NCBI GenBank assembly: GCA_945860095.1
Contig: CAMAPP010000002.1
Coordinates: 4,564 to 68,563 of the forward strand
DNA from: Rhizobium sp. Q54
Lineage (GTDB): Bacteria > Pseudomonadota > Alphaproteobacteria > CADEGL01
Length of the DNA: 64,000 bases
Direction of reading: 5' to 3'
Positions 21,033 through 31,487 of this stretch are shown piece by piece; position 1 is the stretch's first letter, and each line of letters opens with the position of its first letter. The notes below the pieces were generated by a model. That model was not told the DNA's origin. It did not search any database and was given only the letters and a program-made list of their open reading frames with translations. The translations under genes were made by a program, and so were the position numbers.

Positions 21033-21050
21033 ATGTTTCACGTGAAACAT
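21033..21050. repeat. perfect palindrome ATGTTTCACGTGAAACAT (copy B2), abutting the mnmE stop codon
   Basis: Second identical 18-mer, 20 nt from copy B1. The sequence between B2 and mnmG, read on the minus strand, resembles an rsmG 5' end ([10 protein letters not shown]). Confidence 0.9.
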
Positions 21051-22387
21051 CACTTCCCTATGCAGAAATCGGCGAAGATTGAGTCCAATACCTCTTCGGC
21101 CGAAATCAGCCCAACCAATCGGCCCAGCGCGTTTGTCGCAAATCGAATATCCTCGACGCATAAGACCATATCTGGTTGTACCAATGCCCGATTCATCGCT
21201 TTGAGACTCTCCTCCAGCGCCGCTCTTTGTCTCGGCCGAGAAATAGCCGAGATCCCGGATTGCGGCACCAGAGCCCGCACGGCTCGAGATAACTCTCTCA
21301 ACAGGGTATCTATTCCCGATCCCGTTTTTGCCGAAATTGCCAGCCCACCCTGTCGCACCACCTCCTGAGCAGCCGCGCCAAGTAGGTCAATCTTGTTCGT
21401 AACCGGCAATATCGTGCCCCTTAACGGGCCTAACCCTTTCACGATCTTCTCGCACCCTTCGCTCTCATCGCTGAGTGCCACAATCAAATCCGCCTCTCGC
21501 GCCGCTCGTTTTGCGCGCTCTATTCCCTCCCGCTCGACCGGGCCCACGGGAGTCCGCACCCCCGCAGTATCGAACAGAATGACCAATGCCCCATCCACAT
21601 CCAATCGAACCTCAAGGACGTCGCGTGTTGTACCCGGTCTATCGGTCACGATCGCGACATCCCGTTTGGCAAGAATATTCAAGAGGCTCGACTTCCCCAC
21701 ATTGGGGGGACCAATGATCGCGACACGGATACCTTGCCGAACCAATTCCCCCCGGTTCTCGTTCGCCAAAAAACTCGCGGCCGCATCCGCGAGCAGGGAT
21801 AGCCGTGCTCGCGCGTGTTTTGGAAGGGTATCCGGGACATCCTGGTCCGAAAAATCGATATCGGCCTCAAACATGGCCAAGATTGCGATCAACTCGAGCC
21901 GCCATGCGAGAAATTTGGCCGACACGCCGCCTTGCAGCTGATCTAGGGCCTGAAGGCGTTGTAATTCTGTTTCAGCCGAAATTAAGTCCGCCAGGCCTTC
22001 TACTTCCACCAAGCCCATCTTACCGTTGAGATAGGCCCGTTTCGAAAATTCACCGGGCTCCGCCGGCCTAACGCCCTCAAACCCAATCAAAGTCCCAGCC
22101 AGCGCCGTTGTAACCGCGATGCCGCCATGGACATGGAACTCGACCATTTCCTCGCCCGTGAAACTAGCCGGGGCCGGGAACCAGATCACCAATCCCTGAT
22201 CGATGATTTTATCCGTCTTCGGATCATGCAGAACACGCAACGCCGCACGTCGCGGCAAATTAGGCGGATCACCCGTTATATCTAGAACAATGCATGAACA
22301 TTTTGGGCCGGACAGCCGAACAACCGCAATGGCCGCGCGACCATGCCCGCTCGAGAGCGCAAAAATAGTATCGCCCGAACTCATCAC
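21050..22387 (-). CDS. mnmE: tRNA modification GTPase MnmE (TrmE)
   Basis: G-domain motifs (GPPNVGKSSLLN, DTAG, TNKIDL) and C-terminal …CIGK. GTG start as given by the track. Confidence 0.95.
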   Translation of the reverse strand: MMSSGDTIFALSSGHGRAAIAVVRLSGPKCSCIVLDITGDPPNLPRRAALRVLHDPKTDKIIDQGLVIWFPAPASFTGEEMVEFHVHGGIAVTTALAGTLIGFEGVRPAEPGEFSKRAYLNGKMGLVEVEGLADLISAETELQRLQALDQLQGGVSAKFLAWRLELIAILAMFEADIDFSDQDVPDTLPKHARARLSLLADAAASFLANENRGELVRQGIRVAIIGPPNVGKSSLLNILAKRDVAIVTDRPGTTRDVLEVRLDVDGALVILFDTAGVRTPVGPVEREGIERAKRAAREADLIVALSDESEGCEKIVKGLGPLRGTILPVTNKIDLLGAAAQEVVRQGGLAISAKTGSGIDTLLRELSRAVRALVPQSGISAISRPRQRAALEESLKAMNRALVQPDMVLCVEDIRFATNALGRLVGLISAEEVLDSIFADFCIGK

Positions 22388-22410
22388 CGAACGCGCTATG
22401 AAGCTATCGA

Positions 22411-22773
22411 CTAGTCCGTGGCCTTGAGCGGCACATCTTCCGGGCGCAACACCAACCGCTCCACCCGGCCACCCCCGATCAGATGAACACGCAGAATCTC
22501 GTCCAAATCTTCGCGCGATCGATAGCTGTACCAGACCCCCTCGGGGTAGATCACCATGGTCGGACCCAATTCGCAGCGGTCGAGGCAGCCGGCCGCATTG
22601 ATACGGACATCTTCAAGGCCGGCTTTCTTTGCCTGATTCTTGAGATAGGTTCGCAGTTTTATGGCTTCTTTGTCGGCGCAACAGCCGCGCGGGTCACCAG
22701 TCGGGCGTTCATTGGTGCAACAAAATACATGCCGTGAATAATATAACTTGGAATCAGAATCGTCTTTACCCAT
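22411..22773 (-). CDS. thioredoxin-like [2Fe-2S] ferredoxin domain protein
   Basis: Cys-x-x-Cys pairs (FCCTNERP…RGCCADK…AGCLDRC) typical of thioredoxin-like 2Fe-2S ferredoxins. Confidence 0.65.
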   Translation of the reverse strand: MGKDDSDSKLYYSRHVFCCTNERPTGDPRGCCADKEAIKLRTYLKNQAKKAGLEDVRINAAGCLDRCELGPTMVIYPEGVWYSYRSREDLDEILRVHLIGGGRVERLVLRPEDVPLKATD

Positions 22774-23101
22774 TTCCCGTGCCTCCTGGATCGTGAGAAA
22801 TATTGACTATTACTTGTATTAGACTTGCTAATATTTTATCTAACACGAAGCTTGGCGGTAGTTGACCCGAAAAAACTAACCCACAACGGCCCAATACCTT
22901 CGCGGCGTAAACCCGTCGCCGCACGAACCAGGTATATTGCGCCCCTGCCTGTGTAAGGCCCCTACCGTTGTACTACCCTTGCCGGCGAAAGACCGGCAAG
23001 CCAATTAGCCGTCATCCCACCCGCTTTTGGCCTCGCCAACCCACCGCATGCCGTCCGGATCGAGTCCGGATTCCTCCGTTCCCCACCCTTACGCGGAAAA
23101 C

Positions 23102-25138
23102 ATGACACAGACACCCGCCGGCCGCCAAAACCAACTCGCGAACGAAAGCAGCCCCTACCTCCTCCAACACAAGGACAACCCCGTCCATTGGCGGCCCTGG
23201 GGCAAGGCTGCGCTCGCGGAAGCGCGCGCGCTCGGCCGACCCATCCTGCTATCGGTCGGCTATTCGGCCTGCCATTGGTGCCATGTGATGGCGCACGAAT
23301 CGTTCGAGAAGGCAGCCATCGCCGCGGTCATGAACGATCTGTTTGTGAATGTGAAGGTCGATCGCGAAGAGCGTCCCGATATCGACACAATCTATCAATC
23401 CGCCCTGGCCCTGATGGGCGAACAGGGCGGCTGGCCCTTGACCATGTTCCTAACCCCAGACGGCGAGCCGTTCTGGGGCGGCACGTACTTTCCGCCCGAA
23501 CCCCGTTATGGCCGACCCGGATTCCCCGATCTGTTGAAGCGCGTCGCCACCACGTTCCGCGAACAACAAGACGCCGTACAACAAAATGTCACGGCGCTAC
23601 GCGGCGCCCTCGGTAAGCTATCGTCCCCGCCGCCCGCCGACGGCGAATTGCCACCTGACATCCTCGTCCAAGTGGCCAAGAAACTCGTAGAGCATGTCGA
23701 TTTCGAGCATGGCGGATTCGGCAGCGCGCCGAAATTCCCGCAAGTATCGGTGTTCGAGCTCCTCTGGCGCGCCTTTCGCCGCAACGCGGGCCCGCGACTC
23801 GGCGAGGCCGTCACCACCGCGCTCGACAGGATGTGCCAAGGCGGGATCTACGACCATGTGGGGGGCGGATTCGCGCGTTATTCGGTCGACGACGTCTGGC
23901 TCGTCCCGCATTTCGAGAAAATGCTTTACGACAACGCCCAGCTCGTCGAACTGATGAGCCTCGCCTGGCAGCATACGAAAAGCCGGCTTTACCGCGAACG
24001 CATCGCGGAAACCATCGATTGGGTCATGCGCGAGATGCGCGATCCGGAAGGCGGCTTCTTCTCGTCCCTCGATGCCGACAGCGAGGGCGAGGAGGGCAAG
24101 TTCTACGTTTGGACCGAAAGCGAGATCGATACGCTTCTCGGCCCGCACGCGGCACATTTCAAGAAGATCTACGACGTGAGCGTGACGGGCAATTGGGAAC
24201 ATGCGAATATTCTCAATCGCTCGAAATCGGGCGGCTTTGCCGACGATCACGACGAATCGCGCCTGGCGGACTGCCGGGTGGCCCTATTGGAACACCGCCG
24301 CCATCGCGTCCGCCCCGGCCTCGACGACAAATGCCTTGCGGACTGGAACGGGCTCATGATCGCGGCGCTCGCCACGGCGGGCGATGTATTCGAAAAGCCC
24401 GAATGGGCCGCGGCGGCCGCACGCGCCTTCGATTTTGTCCAGGTGCGCATGACGGAGAACGGCCGCCTGAACCACAGTTGGCGCCACGGCGTGCTGCGTC
24501 ACCCCGCGACGCTCGACGACTACGCCAATATGAGCCGCGCGGCGCTCGCGCTGCATGCGGCGATCGGCGACGAGCGCTATCTTCGTCAAGCCGAACAATG
24601 GGTTGAAGTCGCCAATCGCCACTACTGGGACGCCAATGGCGGCGGGTATTTCTTCTCCGCCGACGACACCGACGACGTCATCGTGCGCACCAAGTCCGCC
24701 CAAGACCAGGCCGTGCCTTCGGGCAATGGCACGATCGCGGGCGTGCTTGCGCGGCTGTTCCTCCTGACCGGCAATCGCGCCCATCGCGAGCGCGCGGAGA
24801 CCGTCATTCGCGCCTTCTCGGGCGAGATCGGCCGTAACATCTTCGGCCTCGGCGGTATTTTGGCCGCCCATGGCTTGCTCGGCGAAGGTCGACAGATCGC
24901 ACTTATTGGCGAGCGCGCGGACCCGCGCCTGACCGCATTGCGCAAGGCGGTGAATGATGTCTCGCTGCCCGAACGGGTATCATGGGTCGTGCCGCCCGGC
25001 GCCGAATTCCCGATCGGCCATCCTCTGCTCGGCAAGATCGCGGTCGATGGCAAGCCCACCGCCTATATCTGTAGAGGGCCGAGCTGTTCCTTGCCCATCA
25101 CGGATCCCGCGGCGCTTCGCGCGGCGCTCGGCGCATGA
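23102..25138 (+). CDS. thioredoxin-domain protein, DUF255/YyaL family
   Basis: N-terminal …SPYLLQHKDNPVHWRPWG…SVGYSACHWCHVMAHESFE… followed by a six-hairpin glycosidase-like domain. Start placed at MTQTPAG. Confidence 0.8.
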   Translation: MTQTPAGRQNQLANESSPYLLQHKDNPVHWRPWGKAALAEARALGRPILLSVGYSACHWCHVMAHESFEKAAIAAVMNDLFVNVKVDREERPDIDTIYQSALALMGEQGGWPLTMFLTPDGEPFWGGTYFPPEPRYGRPGFPDLLKRVATTFREQQDAVQQNVTALRGALGKLSSPPPADGELPPDILVQVAKKLVEHVDFEHGGFGSAPKFPQVSVFELLWRAFRRNAGPRLGEAVTTALDRMCQGGIYDHVGGGFARYSVDDVWLVPHFEKMLYDNAQLVELMSLAWQHTKSRLYRERIAETIDWVMREMRDPEGGFFSSLDADSEGEEGKFYVWTESEIDTLLGPHAAHFKKIYDVSVTGNWEHANILNRSKSGGFADDHDESRLADCRVALLEHRRHRVRPGLDDKCLADWNGLMIAALATAGDVFEKPEWAAAAARAFDFVQVRMTENGRLNHSWRHGVLRHPATLDDYANMSRAALALHAAIGDERYLRQAEQWVEVANRHYWDANGGGYFFSADDTDDVIVRTKSAQDQAVPSGNGTIAGVLARLFLLTGNRAHRERAETVIRAFSGEIGRNIFGLGGILAAHGLLGEGRQIALIGERADPRLTALRKAVNDVSLPERVSWVVPPGAEFPIGHPLLGKIAVDGKPTAYICRGPSCSLPITDPAALRAALGA

Positions 25139-25656
25139 GCACCTGCACCATGCCAACGCCGATCGGCACGCTCGAACTGGTCGAACAGGGCGGCGCCATC
25201 GTCCGAATAACCGCGCGTGGCCCCGGTGCGATTTCGGCGCCGCCAACAAACGCCATCCTTGCCGCGGCCAGCGAGCAGCTCGCGCGTTATTTCGAGGGTC
25301 GCCTTGAGACATTCGCCGTCCCGGTTGACCCGGAAGGCACGCCCTTTCAGCGCCGCTTATGGGCCGCATTGCGCGAAATCCCCTACGGCGAGACACGCAC
25401 CTATGGGCAGCTCGCCACGCAAATCTCCAGCGTCGCGCGCGCTGTCGGCCAAGCCTGCGGCGCCAATCCCGTTCCGATCGTCATTCCGTGCCATCGCGTT
25501 CTCGCCGCGCACGGCCGGATCGGCGGCTTTAGCTTTCCTCGCGGCACGAATTCGAAGCGCCGTCTTCTCGCTCTCGAGGCACGGCACACCGGTCTGTTCG
25601 CGGCCCTGCCGCCCGCCTCGCCGAACGAATTGTCAGTCGCCGCGCGGCCGCGCTAG
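25135..25656 (+). CDS. ogt: methylated-DNA--protein-cysteine methyltransferase
   Basis: Active-site PCHRV motif and IPYGETRTYGQLA. ATGA overlap with the preceding gene. Confidence 0.85.
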   Translation: MSTCTMPTPIGTLELVEQGGAIVRITARGPGAISAPPTNAILAAASEQLARYFEGRLETFAVPVDPEGTPFQRRLWAALREIPYGETRTYGQLATQISSVARAVGQACGANPVPIVIPCHRVLAAHGRIGGFSFPRGTNSKRRLLALEARHTGLFAALPPASPNELSVAARPR

Positions 25657-25688
25657 CCTTGAGCCACAGAACCGAGGGGGACGGAACC

Positions 25689-26387
25689 ATGCCGGATATT
25701 GTCATCAAGGCCGAAGATGGCGGGTCGTTCGGCGCCTATCTCGCCGCGCCCAAGTCGGGACCGGGGTCAGGTGTTCTCGTGATCCAGGAAATCTTCGGCG
25801 TAAACGCCGTGATGCGCGCGATCGCCGATGATCTCGCGGCACAGGGCTATTTCGCCCTTTGCCCCGATATTTTCTGGCGCCAGGAACCGGGCGTTCAGTT
25901 GACCGACCAAACCGATGCCGAGTGGGCGAGGGCCTTCGAGTTCTTCAAGGGCTTCGATGAGGCCAAGGGCATCGCCGATCTCAAATCTTCCCTGAATCAT
26001 CTCCGTGCCCTACCGGGCTGCACGGGCAAGGTCGGGACTGTCGGCTATTGCCTCGGCGGGCGTCTTGTCTATCTCATGGCTTGCCGTTCGAATGCCGATG
26101 CCAATGTCAGCTTCTACGGCGTCGGAATCGAGAACAATCTCGGCGAGGCCAAAGCCATCGCGAAACCGACATTGCTCCACATCGCGGAAAAGGATTCCTA
26201 CGTGCCGCCGGACGCGCAGGCTAAAATCCAAGCGGGACTTTCGTCCATCCCCTCCGTGACCCTCTTCTACACCTACGAGGGACAAGAACACGGCTTTGCC
26301 CGCGCTGGCGGAAAGCACTACGACCAGGCCTCGGTCGATCTCGCGAACGACAGAACATCCGTGTTCTTCAAGAGATATCTGGCCTAG
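25689..26387 (+). CDS. dienelactone hydrolase family protein
   Basis: DLH-fold motifs (VLVIQEIFGVN…GYCLGG…H). Start at MPDIVIK. The track ORF starts at 25659. Confidence 0.8.
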   Translation: MPDIVIKAEDGGSFGAYLAAPKSGPGSGVLVIQEIFGVNAVMRAIADDLAAQGYFALCPDIFWRQEPGVQLTDQTDAEWARAFEFFKGFDEAKGIADLKSSLNHLRALPGCTGKVGTVGYCLGGRLVYLMACRSNADANVSFYGVGIENNLGEAKAIAKPTLLHIAEKDSYVPPDAQAKIQAGLSSIPSVTLFYTYEGQEHGFARAGGKHYDQASVDLANDRTSVFFKRYLA

Positions 26388-26417
26388 AAACTCTCTAAAC
26401 GAGGAAAGAGCCGAGCC

Positions 26418-27395
26418 ATGGTCAAAGCCATACGCATCCACAAGGCTGGCGGGCCCGAGGCCTTCGTTTGGGAGGACATCGCGGTCGACAAACCAGGTCC
26501 GGGCCAGGTCGCACTCACGCAAACCGCCATCGGCTTGAACTATATCGACGTCTATCATCGCAGCGGTCTTTATCCGCTCGCGGCCTTTCCCGCCGTTATC
26601 GGCATGGAGGGCGCGGGGGTCGTCGAGACGGTCGGGCCGGGGGTTGCGGACCTCAAACCCGGCGACCGCGTCGCCTATGCCTCCGTGCCCCTTGGCGCCT
26701 ATGCCCAAGCCCGACTCATGCCGGCCGATCGCCTGGTGAAGCTTCCCGACTCGATCGAGGATCGCCAAGCCGCGGCCATGATGCTCCAGGGCATGACGGT
26801 CGAATATCTGTTGCTGCGCACCTATCCCGTTCGCCGCGGCGAAACGATCCTGGTTCACGCGGCCGCCGGCGGCGTCGGCCTCATCCTGTGCCAATGGGCA
26901 AAGCACCTCGGCGCGACCGTCATCGGAACCGTGAGCTCGGACGAGAAGGCCGCGCTCGCGCGCGGGCATGGCTGCGATCACGCGATCGTTTATACGCGCG
27001 AGAATTTCGTTCAGCGCGTGAAAGAAATCACGGACGGCCAAGGGCTGCCGGTGGTTTACGACTCGATCGGCAAGGATACGTTCGAGGGCTCACTCGATTG
27101 CTTGCGGCCGCGCGGACTTATGGTGTCGTTCGGCAATGCCTCCGGGCCCGTGCCGCCGTTCAACCTGGCGGTGCTCGGCCAAAAGGGCTCGCTCTTCCTG
27201 ACCCGGCCTTCGCTCGTCGCCTATACCGCCGCGCGTGCGGATCTCCAGGCAAGCGCGAACGCCCTGTTCGACGTGGTGTCGAAAGGCGCCGTGAAGATCG
27301 AGGTTCGCCAGACCTATGCGCTCAAGGACGCGGCGCAAGCCCATCGCGATCTCGAGGGGCGAAAGACCACCGGATCGACGGTGCTTCTGCCCTGA
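26418..27395 (+). CDS. qor: NADPH:quinone oxidoreductase (zinc-free MDR family)
   Basis: Qor-type MDR: …YIDVYHRSGLYP… and the Rossmann motif AAAGGVG. Confidence 0.85.
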   Translation: MVKAIRIHKAGGPEAFVWEDIAVDKPGPGQVALTQTAIGLNYIDVYHRSGLYPLAAFPAVIGMEGAGVVETVGPGVADLKPGDRVAYASVPLGAYAQARLMPADRLVKLPDSIEDRQAAAMMLQGMTVEYLLLRTYPVRRGETILVHAAAGGVGLILCQWAKHLGATVIGTVSSDEKAALARGHGCDHAIVYTRENFVQRVKEITDGQGLPVVYDSIGKDTFEGSLDCLRPRGLMVSFGNASGPVPPFNLAVLGQKGSLFLTRPSLVAYTAARADLQASANALFDVVSKGAVKIEVRQTYALKDAAQAHRDLEGRKTTGSTVLLP

Positions 27396-27421
27396 AGAGG
27401 GCACCAAGAGGGCAACAAAAA

Positions 27422-27448
27422 AGGCGGCTGAATTAGCCGCCTTTTTCT
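27422..27448. terminator. bidirectional intrinsic terminator between convergent qor and rho
   Basis: AAAAAA-GGCGGCT-gaatt-AGCCGCC-TTTTTCT: a GC hairpin flanked by an A-tract and a T-tract, read from the sequence. Confidence 0.7.
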
Positions 27449-27464
27449 CACCCAAAGATCGCGC

Positions 27465-28751
27465 TCAGGTGTTCATGGCCTCGAAGAAATCCGCATTGTT
27501 CTTCGAGTGCTTTAGCTTGTCGACCAGGAATTCCATCGCATCGGTGACGCCCATCGGCAACAGGATGCGCCGCAGCACCCACATCTTCGACAGCACGCCC
27601 TTGTCGACCAGAAGCTCTTCCTTGCGCGTGCCCGAGCGCGTGATATCGATCGCGGGCCAAGTGCGCCGGTCGGACAACTTGCGGTCCAAGATGATTTCCG
27701 AATTGCCGGTGCCCTTGAATTCTTCGAAGATCACTTCGTCCATGCGCGATCCGGTATCGACCAGCGCCGTGGCGATGATCGAGAGCGAGCCGCCTTCCTC
27801 GATATTGCGCGCCGCGCCGAAGAAGCGTTTGGGCCGCTGCAGGGCGTTCGCATCCACGCCGCCCGTCAACACCTTGCCCGAGGACGGTACGACCGTGTTG
27901 TAGGCGCGGGCAAGGCGCGTGATCGAATCGAGCAGAATAACGACATCGCGTTTGTGTTCGACTAGGCGTTTAGCCTTCTCGATCACCATCTCCGTGACTT
28001 GCACATGCCGAACGGCGGGCTCGTCGAAGGTCGAGCTGATGACCTCGCCCTTCACCGAACGTTGCATGTCGGTGACTTCTTCCGGCCGCTCGTCGATCAA
28101 GAGGACGATCAGATAGACCTCGGGATGATTGGCCGCGATGGAGTGCGCGATATTCTGCAGCATCACGGTTTTGCCGGTGCGCGGCGGCGCCACGATTAAC
28201 CCGCGCTGACCCTTGCCTAGCGGCGTGATCAAATCGATGACCCGCGTGGTCAGATCCTTGGTCGTCGGCTTATCGATCTCGAGCTTCAAGCGCTGCTCGG
28301 GATAGAGCGGCGTCAGATTGTCGAAATTGATCCGGTGTCGGACCTCTTCGGGGTCGCCAAAATTGATTGTGTTGACCTTGAGCAAGGCGAAATAGCGCTC
28401 GCCATCCTTGGGAGAGCGGATCTGCCCTTCGACCGTATCGCCCGTTCGCAGCCCGAAGCGGCGGACCTGGCTCGGCGAGACATAGATATCGTCGGGACCG
28501 GGCAGATAATTCGATTCTGGCGAGCGTAGAAAGCCGAAACCGTCTTGCAAGGCCTCCAACACGCCATCGCCATGAATGGCGACATCGTTCTCGGCCAAGG
28601 ATTTGAGGATCGCGAACATCATGTCCTGCTTGCGCAGATTGCTCGCGTTCTCGACTTTCAATTCCTCGGCAAATGCCAGCAGATCAGCCGGACTTTTTTT
28701 CTTAAGGTCTTGAAGAAAAATGCCTTTGTCGTGTGCCGTTTTAAGATCCAT
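27465..28751 (-). CDS. rho: transcription termination factor Rho
   Basis: N-terminal RNA-binding domain and RecA-like ATPase ([12 protein letters not shown]…). 428 aa, with a long 5' leader. Confidence 0.95.
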   Translation of the reverse strand: MDLKTAHDKGIFLQDLKKKSPADLLAFAEELKVENASNLRKQDMMFAILKSLAENDVAIHGDGVLEALQDGFGFLRSPESNYLPGPDDIYVSPSQVRRFGLRTGDTVEGQIRSPKDGERYFALLKVNTINFGDPEEVRHRINFDNLTPLYPEQRLKLEIDKPTTKDLTTRVIDLITPLGKGQRGLIVAPPRTGKTVMLQNIAHSIAANHPEVYLIVLLIDERPEEVTDMQRSVKGEVISSTFDEPAVRHVQVTEMVIEKAKRLVEHKRDVVILLDSITRLARAYNTVVPSSGKVLTGGVDANALQRPKRFFGAARNIEEGGSLSIIATALVDTGSRMDEVIFEEFKGTGNSEIILDRKLSDRRTWPAIDITRSGTRKEELLVDKGVLSKMWVLRRILLPMGVTDAMEFLVDKLKHSKNNADFFEAMNT

Positions 28752-28935
28752 GGTCCGCTCGCCCGCAAATGGGGCGTCTCGCTTGTGGGAGGGGTACCGA
28801 ATTGACCGGTCCGGGGAGGAGTCTGCGCGAACCGGACGGGCCGGGGCGCGATAGGGCCTGGGAGACCCCGAGTAACATGCTCGCGACCGACAATATAGGC
28901 CGGTCGCGGGAAACTGCCAAGCCTTCGTAACAAAA

Positions 28936-29376
28936 TTAAAACGGTCTGACCACCACCAGGACCACGATCGCGATCAAAAGGACCGTCGGGACTTCGTTCG
29001 CGAACTTGAAAAACCGCGCCGCGTGCCGGTTTTCTCCCGCCGCGAAAGCCTTGCGCCACAGCGCCATGCCATGGTGCAAAACGGTCAGCGCGCCAACCAG
29101 ACCCAGCTTCGCGTAAAGCCAGCCGGACCGCCAATCGGCAACACCCGGAGTGAGCAACAAAGCAATGCCGAAAACGAACGTGGCGATCATCGCCGGATTC
29201 ATGATCGCTCGCAGCAATCGGCGCTCCATCACCTCGAAAGTCTTGCCCGTCTCCGCGCTCGCATCCGCATGATAGGCAAAGAGCCGCGGCAGATACAAAA
29301 GACCCACCATCCAAGCGATCGCACTGACTATATGCAGGGCTTTTATCCACGGCTGGTATGCCAGCAGCCAATCCAT
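28936..29376 (-). CDS. hemJ: protoporphyrinogen IX oxidase HemJ (UPF0093/CopD-like membrane protein)
   Basis: Four-TM protein of about 146 aa ([26 protein letters not shown]…) adjacent to hemH and hemE. Confidence 0.7.
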   Translation of the reverse strand: MDWLLAYQPWIKALHIVSAIAWMVGLLYLPRLFAYHADASAETGKTFEVMERRLLRAIMNPAMIATFVFGIALLLTPGVADWRSGWLYAKLGLVGALTVLHHGMALWRKAFAAGENRHAARFFKFANEVPTVLLIAIVVLVVVRPF

Positions 29377-29409
29377 TCCGCCAATTCCCTTGCTACTTGT
29401 CGCCTCGTA

Positions 29410-30441
29410 TCATGAGGCCGCTTGCGCTAGAGGGCAGACGCTCTTGTCGGCCGGGCAAATTCGCACGCCCTCGGACGACCCGATCGGCGTTGCACCCTTC
29501 AGCGTATCGCGTACGAGGCTGGTTAGGCCGGCGATGAATTTCTCGTGCGCGGCGACCGCAGGAACCCGCGCAAATGCCGGCACGCCAACCACTTTGGCCA
29601 AGTGCCGGTATTCTTCGTCGAGTTCGACCAGGGTTTCCGAATGTTCCGACACGAACGCGATCGGCGCGACCACGATGGGCACCCGGTCTTGGGCGGCACG
29701 GCGAATTTCCTCCTCGGTCGACGGCCCGATCCATTTGAGCGGACCCACGCGGCTTTGATAGCAGACCACCCAATCCCCGGCGGCCAAGCCCAAGCGGTTC
29801 GCAATCCCTTCCGAGGTTCGCTCGATCTGCCATTGATAGGGGTCGCCGCCTTTGATCACCTTTTCGGGCAAGCCATGGGCCGAAAACAGAACGCGCGGCT
29901 TTCCGGCGAATGCGACATCGCGCATGGCCTCGGCAACGAGCTCGACTTGAGCCGCCAACCAGCCCTCGAGCCGCGGATAACAACAGACCGCGTAACTAGG
30001 TTTCACAAAACCAATCTTCGCAGTTGTACGCGCCCACGCCTTGAACGACGAGCCCGAGGTCGTGCCCGAAAATTGCGGATAGAGCGGCAGCAGCACCACT
30101 TCATCCGGATCGAATTCCTTAACGGCATCAGCTGTCTCGGCGCTCATCGGATGCCAATAGCGCATCGCAATGAATACACGCGTCTCCAGCCCAAGCGCTT
30201 TTTCCAAAGCCGCGGCCTGAAGACGCGTATTGGCAAGCAGTGGCGATCCGCCGCCGAGCTTCTCGTAGATGCCGATCGTTTTGCCCGCCCGCAGTCCGGA
30301 AATGAGCCGCGCCAGGAAGAACCGCACCACCGCCGGCACGGACAAAATCGCCGGATCGGAAAACATGTTTCTCAGGAACGGGCGAACGGATTGCGGCCGA
30401 TCGGGCGCTCCAAGATTGAACAACACGACTGCGAGCTTCAT
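29410..30441 (-). CDS. hemH: ferrochelatase
   Basis: …VVLFNLGAPD…LPLYPQFS…SAHGLPE… signature. Overlaps the hemE stop. Confidence 0.9.
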   Translation of the reverse strand: MKLAVVLFNLGAPDRPQSVRPFLRNMFSDPAILSVPAVVRFFLARLISGLRAGKTIGIYEKLGGGSPLLANTRLQAAALEKALGLETRVFIAMRYWHPMSAETADAVKEFDPDEVVLLPLYPQFSGTTSGSSFKAWARTTAKIGFVKPSYAVCCYPRLEGWLAAQVELVAEAMRDVAFAGKPRVLFSAHGLPEKVIKGGDPYQWQIERTSEGIANRLGLAAGDWVVCYQSRVGPLKWIGPSTEEEIRRAAQDRVPIVVAPIAFVSEHSETLVELDEEYRHLAKVVGVPAFARVPAVAAHEKFIAGLTSLVRDTLKGATPIGSSEGVRICPADKSVCPLAQAAS

Positions 30442-31487
30442 GCGGATTTTCCCTGGTCGCGAACGAAGCGGACGAGCTCCGCCACGTGGTCCGGCGGAGT
30501 TGCGGGTACCACCCCATGGCCAAGATTAAAAACGAAAGGCCGCGAGCGGTAAGCGGCGAGTATCCTTGAAACCTGCTCGGTCATGGCCCGCCCCCCCGCG
30601 ACGACGGCCAAGGGATCGAGATTGCCTTGCAGCACGATCTCCGCCGGGATTTCACGCGCCGCCCATGCCGGATCGACCGCCGTATCCAATCCAACCGCGG
30701 TCACCCCGGTTTCTTGGGCATAGCCGATATATTTGCCGCCAGCACCGCGCGGAAAACCGATGATTCGCGCGTCAGGAACCTCCGCCCGGACCCGCGCGAC
30801 GATATCCCGAGTGGGTTCAACCACCCAGCGTGCGAATTGATCCGGTGCCAGCACGCCTGCCCAGCTATCAAACAGCTGAACAGCATCCGCGCCGGCATGA
30901 AACTGCGCCACCAAGTGCCGGACAATCGCTTCGGACAAAAGCCGAATCAGCCGACCGAATCCATGCGGATCCGACCAAGCCCAGGTCCGCGCCACCTCGA
31001 AATCCCGGCTGGTCCGACCTTCCGTGGCATAGGCGGCCAATGTCCAGGGCGCGCCGGCAAAGCCGATCAAAGCCTTTGAGGCGTCCAGCGATTGGCGGAC
31101 CGATGCAATCGCCCTATAGACCGGCTCAAGCCTGTCAACGATGCCCTCCGCCGAGAGACTCCTCAATCCCTCAACGGACCGGATGGGTTCGAGTCTCGGT
31201 CCTTCGCCTTCAACGAACCAAACTGGAATACCAACGGCATCGCAAACGACCAAAATGTCCGAAAAGATGATCGCGGCATCGAGATCGTAGCGCGCGATCG
31301 GCTGCAGCGTGACCTCAGCGGCCAAGTCTGGGCTATAGCAAAACTCTAGAAAATTGCGTGTCTGGGCACGGACTTTGCGATATTCGGGCAGATATCGCCC
31401 GGCCTGCCGCATGAGCCATAGGGGCGGCGGGCTTCGCCGCTTGCCATCGAGGGCTTCGACGACAGCCGAGACGCGATCACAAACCAT
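30438..31487 (-). CDS. hemE: uroporphyrinogen decarboxylase
   Basis: …PPLWLMRQAGRYLPEY… N-terminal signature, about 349 aa. Confidence 0.95.
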   Translation of the reverse strand: MVCDRVSAVVEALDGKRRSPPPLWLMRQAGRYLPEYRKVRAQTRNFLEFCYSPDLAAEVTLQPIARYDLDAAIIFSDILVVCDAVGIPVWFVEGEGPRLEPIRSVEGLRSLSAEGIVDRLEPVYRAIASVRQSLDASKALIGFAGAPWTLAAYATEGRTSRDFEVARTWAWSDPHGFGRLIRLLSEAIVRHLVAQFHAGADAVQLFDSWAGVLAPDQFARWVVEPTRDIVARVRAEVPDARIIGFPRGAGGKYIGYAQETGVTAVGLDTAVDPAWAAREIPAEIVLQGNLDPLAVVAGGRAMTEQVSRILAAYRSRPFVFNLGHGVVPATPPDHVAELVRFVRDQGKSA

